Made by a program: the position numbers and the translations under genes. A stretch of 64,000 bases of DNA from a virus (Duplodnaviria; Caudoviricetes), in IMG/VR virus record IMGVR_UViG_3300015608_002119, positions 1 to 64,000 of that record, one strand, 5' to 3'. Position 1 is the stretch's first letter, and each line of letters begins with the position of its first letter. The notes under the pieces are model-generated. The model did no database searches and had not been told where the DNA came from. It saw only the letters and a list, made by a program, of their open reading frames with translations. Shown piece by piece: positions 27,990 to 37,600 of the stretch.

Positions 27990-28394
27990 TCAGCCAACCG
28001 GCACAACAAAGCCCGTATCTGATGCTTGCGACACTGGCTGCAATGTCACTGTTAGAATGCCATTCTTGCACTCTGCCGTGGTCTGCTTATGATTGAAGTT
28101 GTGACTGTCAAATTCGACTCGGTATTCGGTTTTACCGTGAAGTGTAATTGACAGCACGCCATTCTCGTGAGCCACGAGCTGTATGTCCTCGCGCCCAACG
28201 CCTGGAACAACGCAGCGTATCGTCGCGACGCCATGGTCATTTACAGTCATTGTGTAACTCATAAACTGACTGCCACGGCCAACCGCAGCGACCGCCGCAT
28301 CATCGATCAATGACGTTAGTGTTTGGCCGGGCGTAGCACGCAGCCGACTGGCGGTCAGACGCAGAATACTGTTGAACGGGTCTACAAACGGCAT
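27990..28394 (-). CDS. Small heat-shock protein (Hsp20-like)
   Basis: VPGVGREDIQL, A.CKNGILTVTL. Confidence 0.75.
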   Translation of the reverse strand: MPFVDPFNSILRLTASRLRATPGQTLTSLIDDAAVAAVGRGSQFMSYTMTVNDHGVATIRCVVPGVGREDIQLVAHENGVLSITLHGKTEYRVEFDSHNFNHKQTTAECKNGILTVTLQPVSQASDTGFVVPVG

Positions 28395-28578
28395 ATTTCT
28401 TCTCTCTTTCTCTTGTGGTGTTGATTGCCAGACCAGCCGCGGCGGTAAGCATCTATAATTTTGCAGCTGTTTAAGCCTCGACTGGCGCTACGACCTGTTG
28501 TAAGCATGCGGCGAGCGGCCGTCAAGTGGTCTTGTACTTATTTGGCAACATCCACGGTGGAAAGGCCAACTATCAAAC

Positions 28579-29292
28579 ATGAGCGACACGAGTAGATCGG
28601 TTAACACGCTACCAGAAATGGTCAGTGACTATCTGATGAACGTAACATGGAAGCATAATCCTGCCGTGTGTTTCCGTAAGAAATCCACCTCTTGGCTTAT
28701 GCGAGCTGCCGGGTGGTTGTTTGCGGCATTGCGCATCAACACCAAGTTTATGGGCCAGTATTACACGGTAATTGATACTGACATCCTAACACCAGATGCC
28801 AAGCTCGACACACCAGATGATCGCGAACTTACAGATGTTCTATCACATGAAACAATCCATGTGATAGATCGAGGCCGAATGAACAAGTACCTGTACAACT
28901 TTTTGTACATGTTCCCGCAATCACTTGCGCCGATGGCACTACTGGCGCTGGGCGCTTTCTGGCACACAAACATGCTGTGGTGTCTGTTGTTTTTGCTGTG
29001 TCTTGCGCCAATTCCGGCGCCGTTTCGTTACTGGTTTGAGCTGCGCGCTTACCGCACGTCGATCGTGTTTGCGCGCAAGATGTACCGGCTAAACAACGCA
29101 CAGATGGAAAAGGTTTACGACTGGGTCGTGATGCAGCTGTCTACCAGCTTGTACTACTTCACATGGCCGTTCCCGAAGATGATTCGGCGTCATCTGATGG
29201 ATGAATCATTCATGTCAAAGCCAGAGTATAAAGAGATCGTGAAGTGGATCGCGATTCAGAAGACGCTGAAGACCATTCAAAACAACGCGTAA
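28579..29292 (+). CDS. Membrane-associated HExxH metalloprotease-like protein
   Basis: HETIH, hydrophobic segment, FELRAY; TACTTA at 28535. Confidence 0.6.
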   Translation: MSDTSRSVNTLPEMVSDYLMNVTWKHNPAVCFRKKSTSWLMRAAGWLFAALRINTKFMGQYYTVIDTDILTPDAKLDTPDDRELTDVLSHETIHVIDRGRMNKYLYNFLYMFPQSLAPMALLALGAFWHTNMLWCLLFLLCLAPIPAPFRYWFELRAYRTSIVFARKMYRLNNAQMEKVYDWVVMQLSTSLYYFTWPFPKMIRRHLMDESFMSKPEYKEIVKWIAIQKTLKTIQNNA

Positions 29293-29302
29293 CATCATCG
29301 TT

Positions 29303-29782
29303 ATGGCAAAATACACCAACAGTGAAGGCTTCTACGGCAACCAGGGCGCTGGCGTGTTGTTCTTTGCACGGTCAACTTGCCGGTTTCTGTTGCTTTTAAG
29401 GTCTGCTTGGGTCAATGAGCCGCATACATGGTGCACCCCAGGTGGAAAAGTAGACGCTGGCGAAACGCCGCTTCAAGCAGCTAAGCGAGAAGTACAAGAA
29501 GAGTCCGGCGCGACTATATCAAACGAAGGCAACCTGCAACTGCTCTACGTGTTCAGGCCGCCTAACGGTACGTTTGAGTACCACAACTACATTGGCATAG
29601 TAGAGAACGAGTTTACGCCGACACTGTCGGACAGGGAGAGCGACGACTACAAGTGGTTGACGTTCGAGCAGCTGCTAGCACTTCCATCAAAACACTTTGG
29701 AATAGAAGACCTGCTATCCGTGGCTGGCAGCAGGCTGTCAAAACTTGTAGATGATTGTGTTAGAAAGGATATAGGCCAATAA
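29303..29782 (+). CDS. NUDIX hydrolase
   Basis: GGKVDAGETPLQAAKREVQEESG. Confidence 0.93.
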   Translation: MAKYTNSEGFYGNQGAGVLFFARSTCRFLLLLRSAWVNEPHTWCTPGGKVDAGETPLQAAKREVQEESGATISNEGNLQLLYVFRPPNGTFEYHNYIGIVENEFTPTLSDRESDDYKWLTFEQLLALPSKHFGIEDLLSVAGSRLSKLVDDCVRKDIGQ

Positions 29783-29899
29783 TGGATAACGAAAAGTCAA
29801 CAGATGAAGTGATCGCCGATTACGTCGGAGCACTTCTTGGTGTCGCGATTCTGCTTTGTTTCGTGTATGCCTGTGAATAAGTGGTCGACAAGTTATTCG

Positions 29900-29945
29900 C
29901 CCCCCTTCCCCCTCTTCTTGGTTATGTTCCACTAGCTCGTCCGTA
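29900..29945 (-). repeat. AGTGGAACATAACCAAGA repeat, copy 2 (intergenic)
   Basis: 33 of 34 nt match to 46649-46682, followed by G-runs. Confidence 0.88.
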
Positions 29946-29957
29946 AGGTAAGAAACC

Positions 29958-30509
29958 ATGGCAAAACAAGACCTAAAGTCACTGATCTCGGAGGAAATAG
30001 ACCTGTTTCTAGGTAAAATCATCGCATGCTCGGCTAAAGCTACGGTAAACATAGGCCATTTATCCGAACAGCAACAGCCTCCACCAGCGCCGGGCATGCT
30101 CGATCAGGCTGCCGGGGATGCCGCCTCGATGCAGCAACCAGCTGATATTACCGGTGATTCGCCAGCCAGTGATGATAAAGAGGAAAGTCAGGACGAGGAT
30201 AGCCCTGACATGTCGCCCGAGGAGCGGGCCAAGGAGCTCGCCACAAAGTCGGACGTTGACATCAGGAAGGAGTTGATCGCCGACTTGCAGGGTCCCAAAA
30301 GAGGCTCGGCAAAGGCCCTAATCGATTATGTAGCGGCCTCCGATGATCAGCCACCCAATCTGGTGCGTGGGGTCAAAGAAACGGAACAGGTGGCTTATAC
30401 GGGCCGCTCCTCGACGACGGGCACAACAAAATCAACGTCCGTGTCTCCGCAGCTTAAAGAGGCGCTGAAAACCTATTTAACACTGTCAAAAGCCAACGAG
30501 ACAAAATGA
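29958..30509 (+). CDS. Acidic low-complexity putative head protein
   Basis: LISEE, LSEQ, LKEA motifs. Confidence 0.6.
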   Translation: MAKQDLKSLISEEIDLFLGKIIACSAKATVNIGHLSEQQQPPPAPGMLDQAAGDAASMQQPADITGDSPASDDKEESQDEDSPDMSPEERAKELATKSDVDIRKELIADLQGPKRGSAKALIDYVAASDDQPPNLVRGVKETEQVAYTGRSSTTGTTKSTSVSPQLKEALKTYLTLSKANETK

Positions 30510-30889
30510 GAACTGGAAGATTGGTCAGAGCAATTTACGGTCACAAGACGACTGGCGACAATGGCGTGCTTCAAGAATGTGGCTGCGAAGACAGCACACC
30601 TCCAAATGTCACTTCTGTCACGGTGATTGATCCGGATAAGACAGTGCCAAGTGAAGAGTCGCTGCAAGCCGGATTGTTTCCTGGCATGTCAGCCAATGCC
30701 ACCACACTAGGCTCCGACAGCGGCGTCAGTACATCAACACCTGAGGTGGTTAGTGGGCTCGCTTCAATGACCACTGATCTTGTGTCAGCAGAGATCCCGA
30801 CAGACGCACGGGATGAAGACGTACGTGACAAGCTGGTCAATGCATCCGCATTGCTTGAGTCCGTGCTGAAATACCTAAAGGTACGGTAA
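30506..30889 (+). CDS. Hypothetical late protein
   Basis: TATTTA at 30474; VLQECGC. Confidence 0.55.
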   Translation: MRTGRLVRAIYGHKTTGDNGVLQECGCEDSTPPNVTSVTVIDPDKTVPSEESLQAGLFPGMSANATTLGSDSGVSTSTPEVVSGLASMTTDLVSAEIPTDARDEDVRDKLVNASALLESVLKYLKVR

Positions 30890-30893
30890 CACA

Positions 30894-31298
30894 ATGGCAC
30901 TTACAGAAGAAAAGCTACAAAGGCTTGTCAGTTTGATGGTTGAGAAGAAGATCATTCTTCTTAAAGAAGGCAAGAAGTTTCAGGCAATTCGTTCTCTAAC
31001 GATAGAAGCACAGACGGCCGCGAAACGTTTCGAGGACAGCATGGTAAAAACGCTTGGTCTCGTCGATCCTGACGAGATGCCGGATGAGGCCCAGCAGATT
31101 TATGCGCAAGCCATGTCCGATCTGCACTCAAAGTTCATAGAGGCAGTGGTGCATGCCGCCAACGTACTCAAACACCTCCCAGAAGACCAGTCGCTTAAAG
31201 CAGACGATGCTCCAAAGAAGCCAGCAAGCAAGCCAGTCACTGGCACTTCATCGACCGTACATCGCGACCTTCCGACACTTCAGCTGAACAGCCAATAA
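30894..31298 (+). CDS. Hypothetical late protein
   Basis: LLKEG motif; helical. Confidence 0.55.
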   Translation: MALTEEKLQRLVSLMVEKKIILLKEGKKFQAIRSLTIEAQTAAKRFEDSMVKTLGLVDPDEMPDEAQQIYAQAMSDLHSKFIEAVVHAANVLKHLPEDQSLKADDAPKKPASKPVTGTSSTVHRDLPTLQLNSQ

Positions 31299-31396
31299 CC
31301 ATCAACGGCTGGGTCTTCACCGACAGCAGTCTATAAACAGCCATCGCTGCTAGCTATACTCCGGTCAACAGCACCTCGGAACATATAGCAAGGCAT

Positions 31397-32311
31397 ATGG
31401 CAAACTCAACAGACCAAGACAACAGCAGGCAATCGCGTAACTCTGCCGTGTTCAACACGAGCGGTAACGTACCAACCGATACCGGTGGCATTCCGACGAA
31501 AACGTTTCAAGCCGCTGCCATCGACAAGGCGAGAGAAGACTTTGGATTCGATCTCGGTGTCGCTTCCGTACCACTCCCATCACGTGGGCTCGTGTATGAA
31601 GACCCGGCGCTCAAGGGCGTCGAGTTTGTTGACATCAAGTCGATGACGGCCAAAGAGGAGGACATACTCATGAACAGGGTGTTCCTTCGCAAAGGCACAG
31701 TCATTCAAGAGCTCATTAAGTCTTGTCTTATGGACAAGAACATCGATGTCAACTCTCTGATTGCGGGCGACCGTGATGCACTAATGATCGCGGTACGGAT
31801 CACGGCTTACGACTCTATAATGCGCATGAAGATCAAGTGTCCGGCCTGCGAAGCCGAAGTTGATCGAGATGTTGACTTGCAGGGTCTACCAATCAGGGAA
31901 CTAGATCTGCAAAAGCTCCAACAGGTGTCGCCACACAGGAATGCTTTCGAGCTGTTCCTGCCGCGTTCCAAGAAGACGGTCGTGTTCAAGTTTTTGACCG
32001 GGCGCGAAGAGGAGGCAATTCAGCGTGACATGGAAGCGCGCAAGAAGTCTGGTTTCTTGGCGGAAACGGCCGTTACGACAAAACTGGTCAATTCCATCAT
32101 CTCGGTTGACGGCAGAACGGAGAAGGGCTACATCACCCAGTTCTGTCAGTTGATGCCAGCGGCAGACTCGCTGCTTCTTCGAAAGACGATTGACAATTCA
32201 GAGCCGGGTGTTCGCCTTGTGACAAACTTCGCGTGTAACTCATGTGAGCATGAGGAGGTGATGCCGATACAGCTCGGCGTCGAGTTTCTTTGGCCTAACC
32301 TCGGCCGATAG
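31397..32311 (+). CDS. Baseplate hub / tail assembly chaperone (T4 gp26-like)
   Basis: LPSRG..Y, MTAKEEDIL, GDRDALMI..RI, CPAC, LP.SKK.V.FKFLTG, CNSC, FLWP end. Confidence 0.75.
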   Translation: MANSTDQDNSRQSRNSAVFNTSGNVPTDTGGIPTKTFQAAAIDKAREDFGFDLGVASVPLPSRGLVYEDPALKGVEFVDIKSMTAKEEDILMNRVFLRKGTVIQELIKSCLMDKNIDVNSLIAGDRDALMIAVRITAYDSIMRMKIKCPACEAEVDRDVDLQGLPIRELDLQKLQQVSPHRNAFELFLPRSKKTVVFKFLTGREEEAIQRDMEARKKSGFLAETAVTTKLVNSIISVDGRTEKGYITQFCQLMPAADSLLLRKTIDNSEPGVRLVTNFACNSCEHEEVMPIQLGVEFLWPNLGR

Positions 32312-32564
32312 AGAGAAGGTATTACTTGAGCCATTCTTCCTGCTTGGATACTATTTCGGCATGGACTGGCAGACATTCTACAGTTTCCCTTTGTCATACC
32401 GCCGCTGGCTGTTGAAGAGAGTGGAGACCGAGATTGAGAAGGCTTCTGGCTCCAACAACATCCAGACAAAAGGCGCTCATCACAACACACCAGAAGCCAG
32501 GTCGCTGACCGGTAAGTTCAGAAAAGTCGGCGCAAACGTCGGTGCACACCAGCGGTTTACCTGA
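32289..32564 (+). CDS. Downstream chaperone segment (gp51/gpT-like), probably reached by frameshift; first ATG at 32361
   Basis: +1 frame FGLTSADREKVLLEPFFLLGYYFGMDWQTFYSFPLSYRRWLL. Confidence 0.6.
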   Translation, partial: FGLTSADREKVLLEPFFLLGYYFGMDWQTFYSFPLSYRRWLLKRVETEIEKASGSNNIQTKGAHHNTPEARSLTGKFRKVGANVGAHQRFT

Positions 32565-32614
32565 CAATTGCCTTGTGACCACCAACCATAACACACAGAG
32601 AGAAGCAATCATCG

Positions 32615-32932
32615 ATGAGCTACGGCAGATATACGATTGGCATACCAGGAGTTGGTGAGTTGTTTGAGTTTGATGCGGCGCGTTCGCGACAGCTTGCACC
32701 ATATCTCTCGTTGGTGTTGAGCCGCCCTCTTGTCACAAATCCGTTGTCAAACCCGCTGATGCAAGCCGTCAAAGGTGCTAGGTTTGCAGTGGTCGTTGTC
32801 AGACGCTATGACACGGGTGGCTCGCTACTAAGATCTGTCGAGTATTCAGATGCCATCATTCAGAACGTGATCGATGGACCCGATTTGATTGTTGAATTTC
32901 GCTACGTCTCAGCGAAAGAGGTCGGAACATGA
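32615..32932 (+). CDS. Hypothetical protein
   Basis: ATGA overlap with tdk. Confidence 0.55.
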   Translation: MSYGRYTIGIPGVGELFEFDAARSRQLAPYLSLVLSRPLVTNPLSNPLMQAVKGARFAVVVVRRYDTGGSLLRSVEYSDAIIQNVIDGPDLIVEFRYVSAKEVGT

Positions 32933-33561
32933 CGAGCGATGCAGCATCGTTCTTACCGGTGGACATGCGTAACACGGGCAAGTTGACCGTGTATTGCGGG
33001 CCGATGTTCGCTGGCAAGAGCAGCTCCTTGATTGCGGAGCTGGAACTTGCTTGTGAAGATGGCAAACGAGTCCTGGTCATAAAACCCAAGATTGACAACC
33101 GCTACAGCAACGATGACATTATCTCACATGACGGAGTATCACTCAAAGATGTTACCGGGCATGATGTGTTGGTGCTCGACGTCGATGCGTGTGTTAAACT
33201 TGAAGACCTTGAGGATGTCGACCTACTTCTGATTGAAGAAGCACACTTCTTCACCACCTTGCATGAACAGATCAAAGCCTATATGCTCATGGGTGTTGAT
33301 ATAGTGGCTGTGGGCCTTGACATGGACAGCGACGGCGAGCCGTTCGGCATCATGCCGCATCTATTGAGTATGGCAAACAACATATACAAACTCACTGGCT
33401 TGTGTGCTGTGTGCCAGCAAGAAGCCACCATGACGTTCCGTAAGCTGGTTGCTAGATCAATGAGTCAGGTGTTGGTTGGCGGATCCGAAACTTACGAGCC
33501 GCGATGTTTTGCGCACTGGGTTCTTGGCAACGAGGAAAAGCATCACTGGTACAACGCCTAG
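32929..33561 (+). CDS. tdk: Thymidine kinase
   Basis: GPMFAGKS, IEEAHFF, GLDMD..GEPF, CAVC, GG.ETYEPRC. Confidence 0.95.
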   Translation: MTSDAASFLPVDMRNTGKLTVYCGPMFAGKSSSLIAELELACEDGKRVLVIKPKIDNRYSNDDIISHDGVSLKDVTGHDVLVLDVDACVKLEDLEDVDLLLIEEAHFFTTLHEQIKAYMLMGVDIVAVGLDMDSDGEPFGIMPHLLSMANNIYKLTGLCAVCQQEATMTFRKLVARSMSQVLVGGSETYEPRCFAHWVLGNEEKHHWYNA

Positions 33562-33569
33562 GCGTTGGG

Positions 33570-33944
33570 TCACTCGTCTTGTGCTGACGCCTTGTTGTTG
33601 GCGCCCTTCTTCCCACCAGACTTAGTCCCACCACCAGCGGCAACGCCAATCAAGCTATCCACCTTTGTCTCGATCGCGTCCAGCTTAGCGACACTCGCTG
33701 CCGCCGTGCCAGAAGCCAATGCCGCATCAGCGGCCCTTAGTTTCTCATCGGCCGAACGGAGGCGCCGGTCTGCCTCTTTAAGCTCGTCGATGACATCTTC
33801 CAACTTGCTGATTTTTGTGCTCATCGCCGCAATGCTTTTCAAGATGTCAACGCCGTTTATTGTTACCGATGGCATTTGCACTTCCAGTGCATCCTGGCCG
33901 TTTGACTCCGCGACAACACCGCTTCTGTTGATTACGACTTTCAT
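33570..33944 (-). CDS. Coiled-coil protein
   Basis: GGGAG SD; heptad-like sequence. Confidence 0.6.
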   Translation of the reverse strand: MKVVINRSGVVAESNGQDALEVQMPSVTINGVDILKSIAAMSTKISKLEDVIDELKEADRRLRSADEKLRAADAALASGTAAASVAKLDAIETKVDSLIGVAAGGGTKSGGKKGANNKASAQDE

Positions 33945-33997
33945 GTGTTATATCTCCCTATCTTTCGTAGTGTTGATGATTGGTTGGTACACAGCTT

Positions 33998-34174
33998 TCA
34001 GTAGCCAAGTTGTCTTTCAAGTTCTGTCACACGAGTTTGAAGTGCGGCGATCAAAGCTGCTAGCCGTTCAAACTCTGTCTTGACGTTGACGGACTGAATA
34101 ACGACCGGCACTTCGTAAGTAACATCCCTTACTCGCTCAGCAGTAACAACAACGCTCTGTGGACTGTAGCTCAT
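33998..34174 (-). CDS. Small coiled-coil protein (58 aa), absent from ORF track
   Basis: MSYSPQSVVV...LAALIAALQTRVTELERQLGY translated by hand. Confidence 0.55.
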   Translation of the reverse strand: MSYSPQSVVVTAERVRDVTYEVPVVIQSVNVKTEFERLAALIAALQTRVTELERQLGY

Positions 34175-34184
34175 AATATCTTCA

Positions 34185-34559
34185 TCAGAGTGGCCATTTT
34201 ACACCAAACCTAGCGTAAAAGTTACTGGCGTCAACGTTTTTAAGATCCATGGCGCGTATAACTGAGTCCACGGTGGCACCTGGGCGTCGAATCTCGTCCT
34301 GAAATCTCTTCGATGACTGCACAGCTCTGCTTAGCAACTCGATGTCGTGCGGGCTTCCTGACACCTTGAACGGCGACCGTTTGCCGGTCATCATATTAGC
34401 GATCAGGCTTGCGAAGAACAGCTTGCCGATCGTTGTTAGCTTATAGTTCCCGCCAGCAAGCGCCAGTGGACTCGGCGCTCTTGGAATTTGCAAGAACTCA
34501 TTGAGGAGTTTATCAGCCATGGCGTCAATGTCGTCATCGCTGTTGCGGTCTGAAGCCAT
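34185..34559 (-). CDS. Hypothetical late protein
   Basis: KLLNEF motif; late box upstream. Confidence 0.6.
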   Translation of the reverse strand: MASDRNSDDDIDAMADKLLNEFLQIPRAPSPLALAGGNYKLTTIGKLFFASLIANMMTGKRSPFKVSGSPHDIELLSRAVQSSKRFQDEIRRPGATVDSVIRAMDLKNVDASNFYARFGVKWPL

Positions 34560-34586
34560 GGTTTTTACGACCTTTGCCAGTTTTGA

Positions 34587-34601
34587 TACTTACGGTAAGT
34601 A
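34587..34601. promoter_or_regulatory. Palindromic bidirectional late box TACTTACGGTAAGTA
   Basis: TACTTA on both strands between divergent genes. Confidence 0.6.
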
Positions 34602-34625
34602 GGAGCGGCCTAAGCACAGCACGTC

Positions 34626-37600
34626 ATGGCAACAAACACAACGCCCACCGTTGACAACCTGAAGATTGCTCAAGGGTTGGTCCAGGCCATGTCGCAAATG
34701 GCCGACATTCTGGACAAACAGACCGAGTCGCTCAAGACGCAGCTCCAACTGAGCGAAGCCATTAAAAAGGTCCAAGAGCTTACGACGGACGACATCAGAA
34801 ACCGGTCGTTTAACGGCGAAGCACTCAACGAGGCATTGGAAAAGTCGCTCTCCGAATCAGAGTCACTGGCCGAGTCAATGACCAACGTCGGCAAGACCGT
34901 TGAAAAGTCGACTGGACTTGTCAATACGTTCGGTAAGGTCGCCTCAGGCGTGTTTGGTACTGTGGTTGTTACGCTTAGTGAGATGACCAATGGCTTTCGG
35001 GCCGGTTTCAACATATCGAAGAACTTCTTCGGGAACATATGGAGGATGGGGCGCACAGCGGTAGGTGTGCTGGTCGATATTGCCAAGGTCGTCGCTGGCA
35101 TGCCTGGGGCTTTCTTGGAGTTTATGCAGGGCGCTGCTACCGGTGGCGTTGACGCTTATAGAGTCGCCCTGGAGGAGCTAAGAGAGGAGTTCGGTAACCT
35201 AGCCACTGGCACGAGCTTGTCTGTTCGCTCAATGAACGAGTCCATGCGCAACTTCTCTGCCACTGGACTGTCATTTGGTCGCGTGTTCGGCTATGGTCGT
35301 GAAGGTTTGGCCGCGGCGCTCAAGGAGTTCCAGAAGATAGCTACCGAGATGGGACCGATTTTCAATCGGTTCGCGGCAGACTCACGTGGAATGTCACGTG
35401 AAATTGTAGTGCTTGCGAAGGGCGCCAACATAACCGGTGAAGGGTTCCGTGCCATGCAGCTTGCCGCGGATAACGGCGGTGAGAGCATCAGAGTGGCCAT
35501 GAACGGGATGATTCGTGGTTTGGCCATGGCCGAAAGGGAGTTTGGCATCGCTTCCAAGGAGATAGGCAAGGACGTTAACGCCATGCTTAAAGACCTTGGC
35601 TCGTTCGGTGTCATGTCTCGTGACACGATGATCAAAACCAGCGTCTACGCAAGACGTTTGGGCTTATCAATCGAAGCTCTCAAGAAGGTGATGGACAAGT
35701 ACCTCAACTTTGAAGATGCAGCACAGTCCGCTGCTGGTATGGCCGAGGCGTTCAACATGAACATCGACGCCATGAGAATGATGAGGGAGCAAGATCCGAC
35801 GAGACGACTTGACATGCTTCGTCAGGCGTTCTTCCGCACTGGTCGCAACATTGACCAGATGTCCATTGCAGAGCGTCGACACCTTGCAAACCTAAGCGGC
35901 ATGTCCGAAGAGGAAACGAGGATTGCGTTTGCTCAACGCAACAGGGCCTTGTCTGGTGCGCAACTAGACGCTCAGATGCGTCGATCGCAGCGCCAGCAAA
36001 TGACTCAGGTGCAAGCGTTGCAACAGGTAGCAAAATCTATCAAGTTGCTGGTGATGTCTGGCAGCCCGCTGCAAGGCAGCTTCTTCGACATATTCATTCG
36101 TGGTTTCAAACAGGGCATCATGTGGTCGCGTGAGTTCCGCGGAGCAGTCCGCGCCATTCAACAGTCCATGAGGGTGATCTTTATGTCTGGCCGGGAAGTT
36201 GGCCGGATGTTTGCGCACCTGTTCCCTGGATTTAAGGAGTTCTTCGGTGGTGTACGAGACCTGTTCAATCCACGACGGTATCGTGCGCTGATGACGCAGG
36301 TAAAAGCACAGTTCCGGGAGTTCTTCACGTCCTTGTCCGACCCGAACAGACGCGACAGTGCCCTTGGAACTTTCATGCGAAACATGAGAACCAACTTCCT
36401 CAACTACTTCACTCAAGGCTCCCCAGCGGCCAGAAGGACAGCGGAAGGGTTCAAGACGTTCTTCAAGACGATTGGGATCCTTGCAATTCAAGGGGCAAGG
36501 TACTTGCTTGTGCAGCTTAGGGACGGAACAAAGAAGGCCCTTGATGCTGTGAGGGCCGTTCTTCTAAATCCACGTGGGATTAGACAAGGCTTGCGTGAGC
36601 TGTTTGCACCAGGAACAAACGTCGCTGGTACCATGGGCAGCCAGCTCACATCGACGTTCCAGGAAGTGTTCCAATATGCCGCGTCACAACTGGGGCCGGT
36701 TCTAGGGCAGCTGTGGGATACCGTTGTTGGGTTTATATCCGACAGGAGAGTACAGCAAGCACTGGAAGACAAGCTGGGGCCACCTCTCAGAAAGGCCGGT
36801 CAGTTTGTCGGCAAGTATTTCATCGCGGCGATGTTCGGCCCTGCTGTAATCATGGCCGCCGTACGCGGAGCTGGTGCCATGATTGCGACTGCGCTCGGGA
36901 AGGCGCTGTTCCCTGTGGCAAAGAGCACCTTTGCTAGCTTCTCTCTAACATCTACGGCGGTTGCCGCAGTGTTGGCTTCGGTCGTAGCTTTGACGGTTGG
37001 GTTTGACCAGTTCCCAGATAAGACAGCCAAGGCAATGAAGCGAGTCGACGAGGTTGTCGCTAGACTGTCAAACAACATCGGCCTGTACATGGGCAAGGCG
37101 TACAAGGCGATCGTTGATGGTGCAACTGCCGTCGGGTTCTTGGTAGCAGGCTACTTGTTTGATCCGGCCCGCTGGCTGGCTGCGGTCGGTAGGCTTACCG
37201 CTGCCGTTGTCCCGGCCTTGATGTCTATAGGAAGCACTGTTATCACTGGAATTGGCAACCTTGTTGCTGGGTTCTTGGAAGGTGCCGGAATGCAAGAGGC
37301 GGCCAATGACCTACGCGCATCGATCAGGTGGGTGTCTGATGGCGTGCACGAGTTTGTGGGCGACCTTCGTGGCAGCATAACGACAATTCGTACGTCGTGG
37401 GATATTGTACGCGCCGACTTGCTTCGACTTGGTGGATGGTTGAACGATCACAACCCGTTCATGTCCCTCATAAACTCCATGAGGGACGTATGGAACACGG
37501 CCCAGAGGATCTTTGGTCACTCAGTCAACACTGTCGTCGCAGCAGACCTCGCAAAGATTGAACGTCCTGCCCAAAGAGCTCAAGAGACAATTTCGAACGC

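Noticed and set aside
29738-30097. ORF sharing LVEHNQEE with the polymerase
   Set aside because: A by-product of the DNA repeat on the minus strand; it overlaps real plus-strand genes
36690-36712. GCCGGTTCTAGGGC similar to the bipartite left arm
   Set aside because: Partial match without a recognisable right arm
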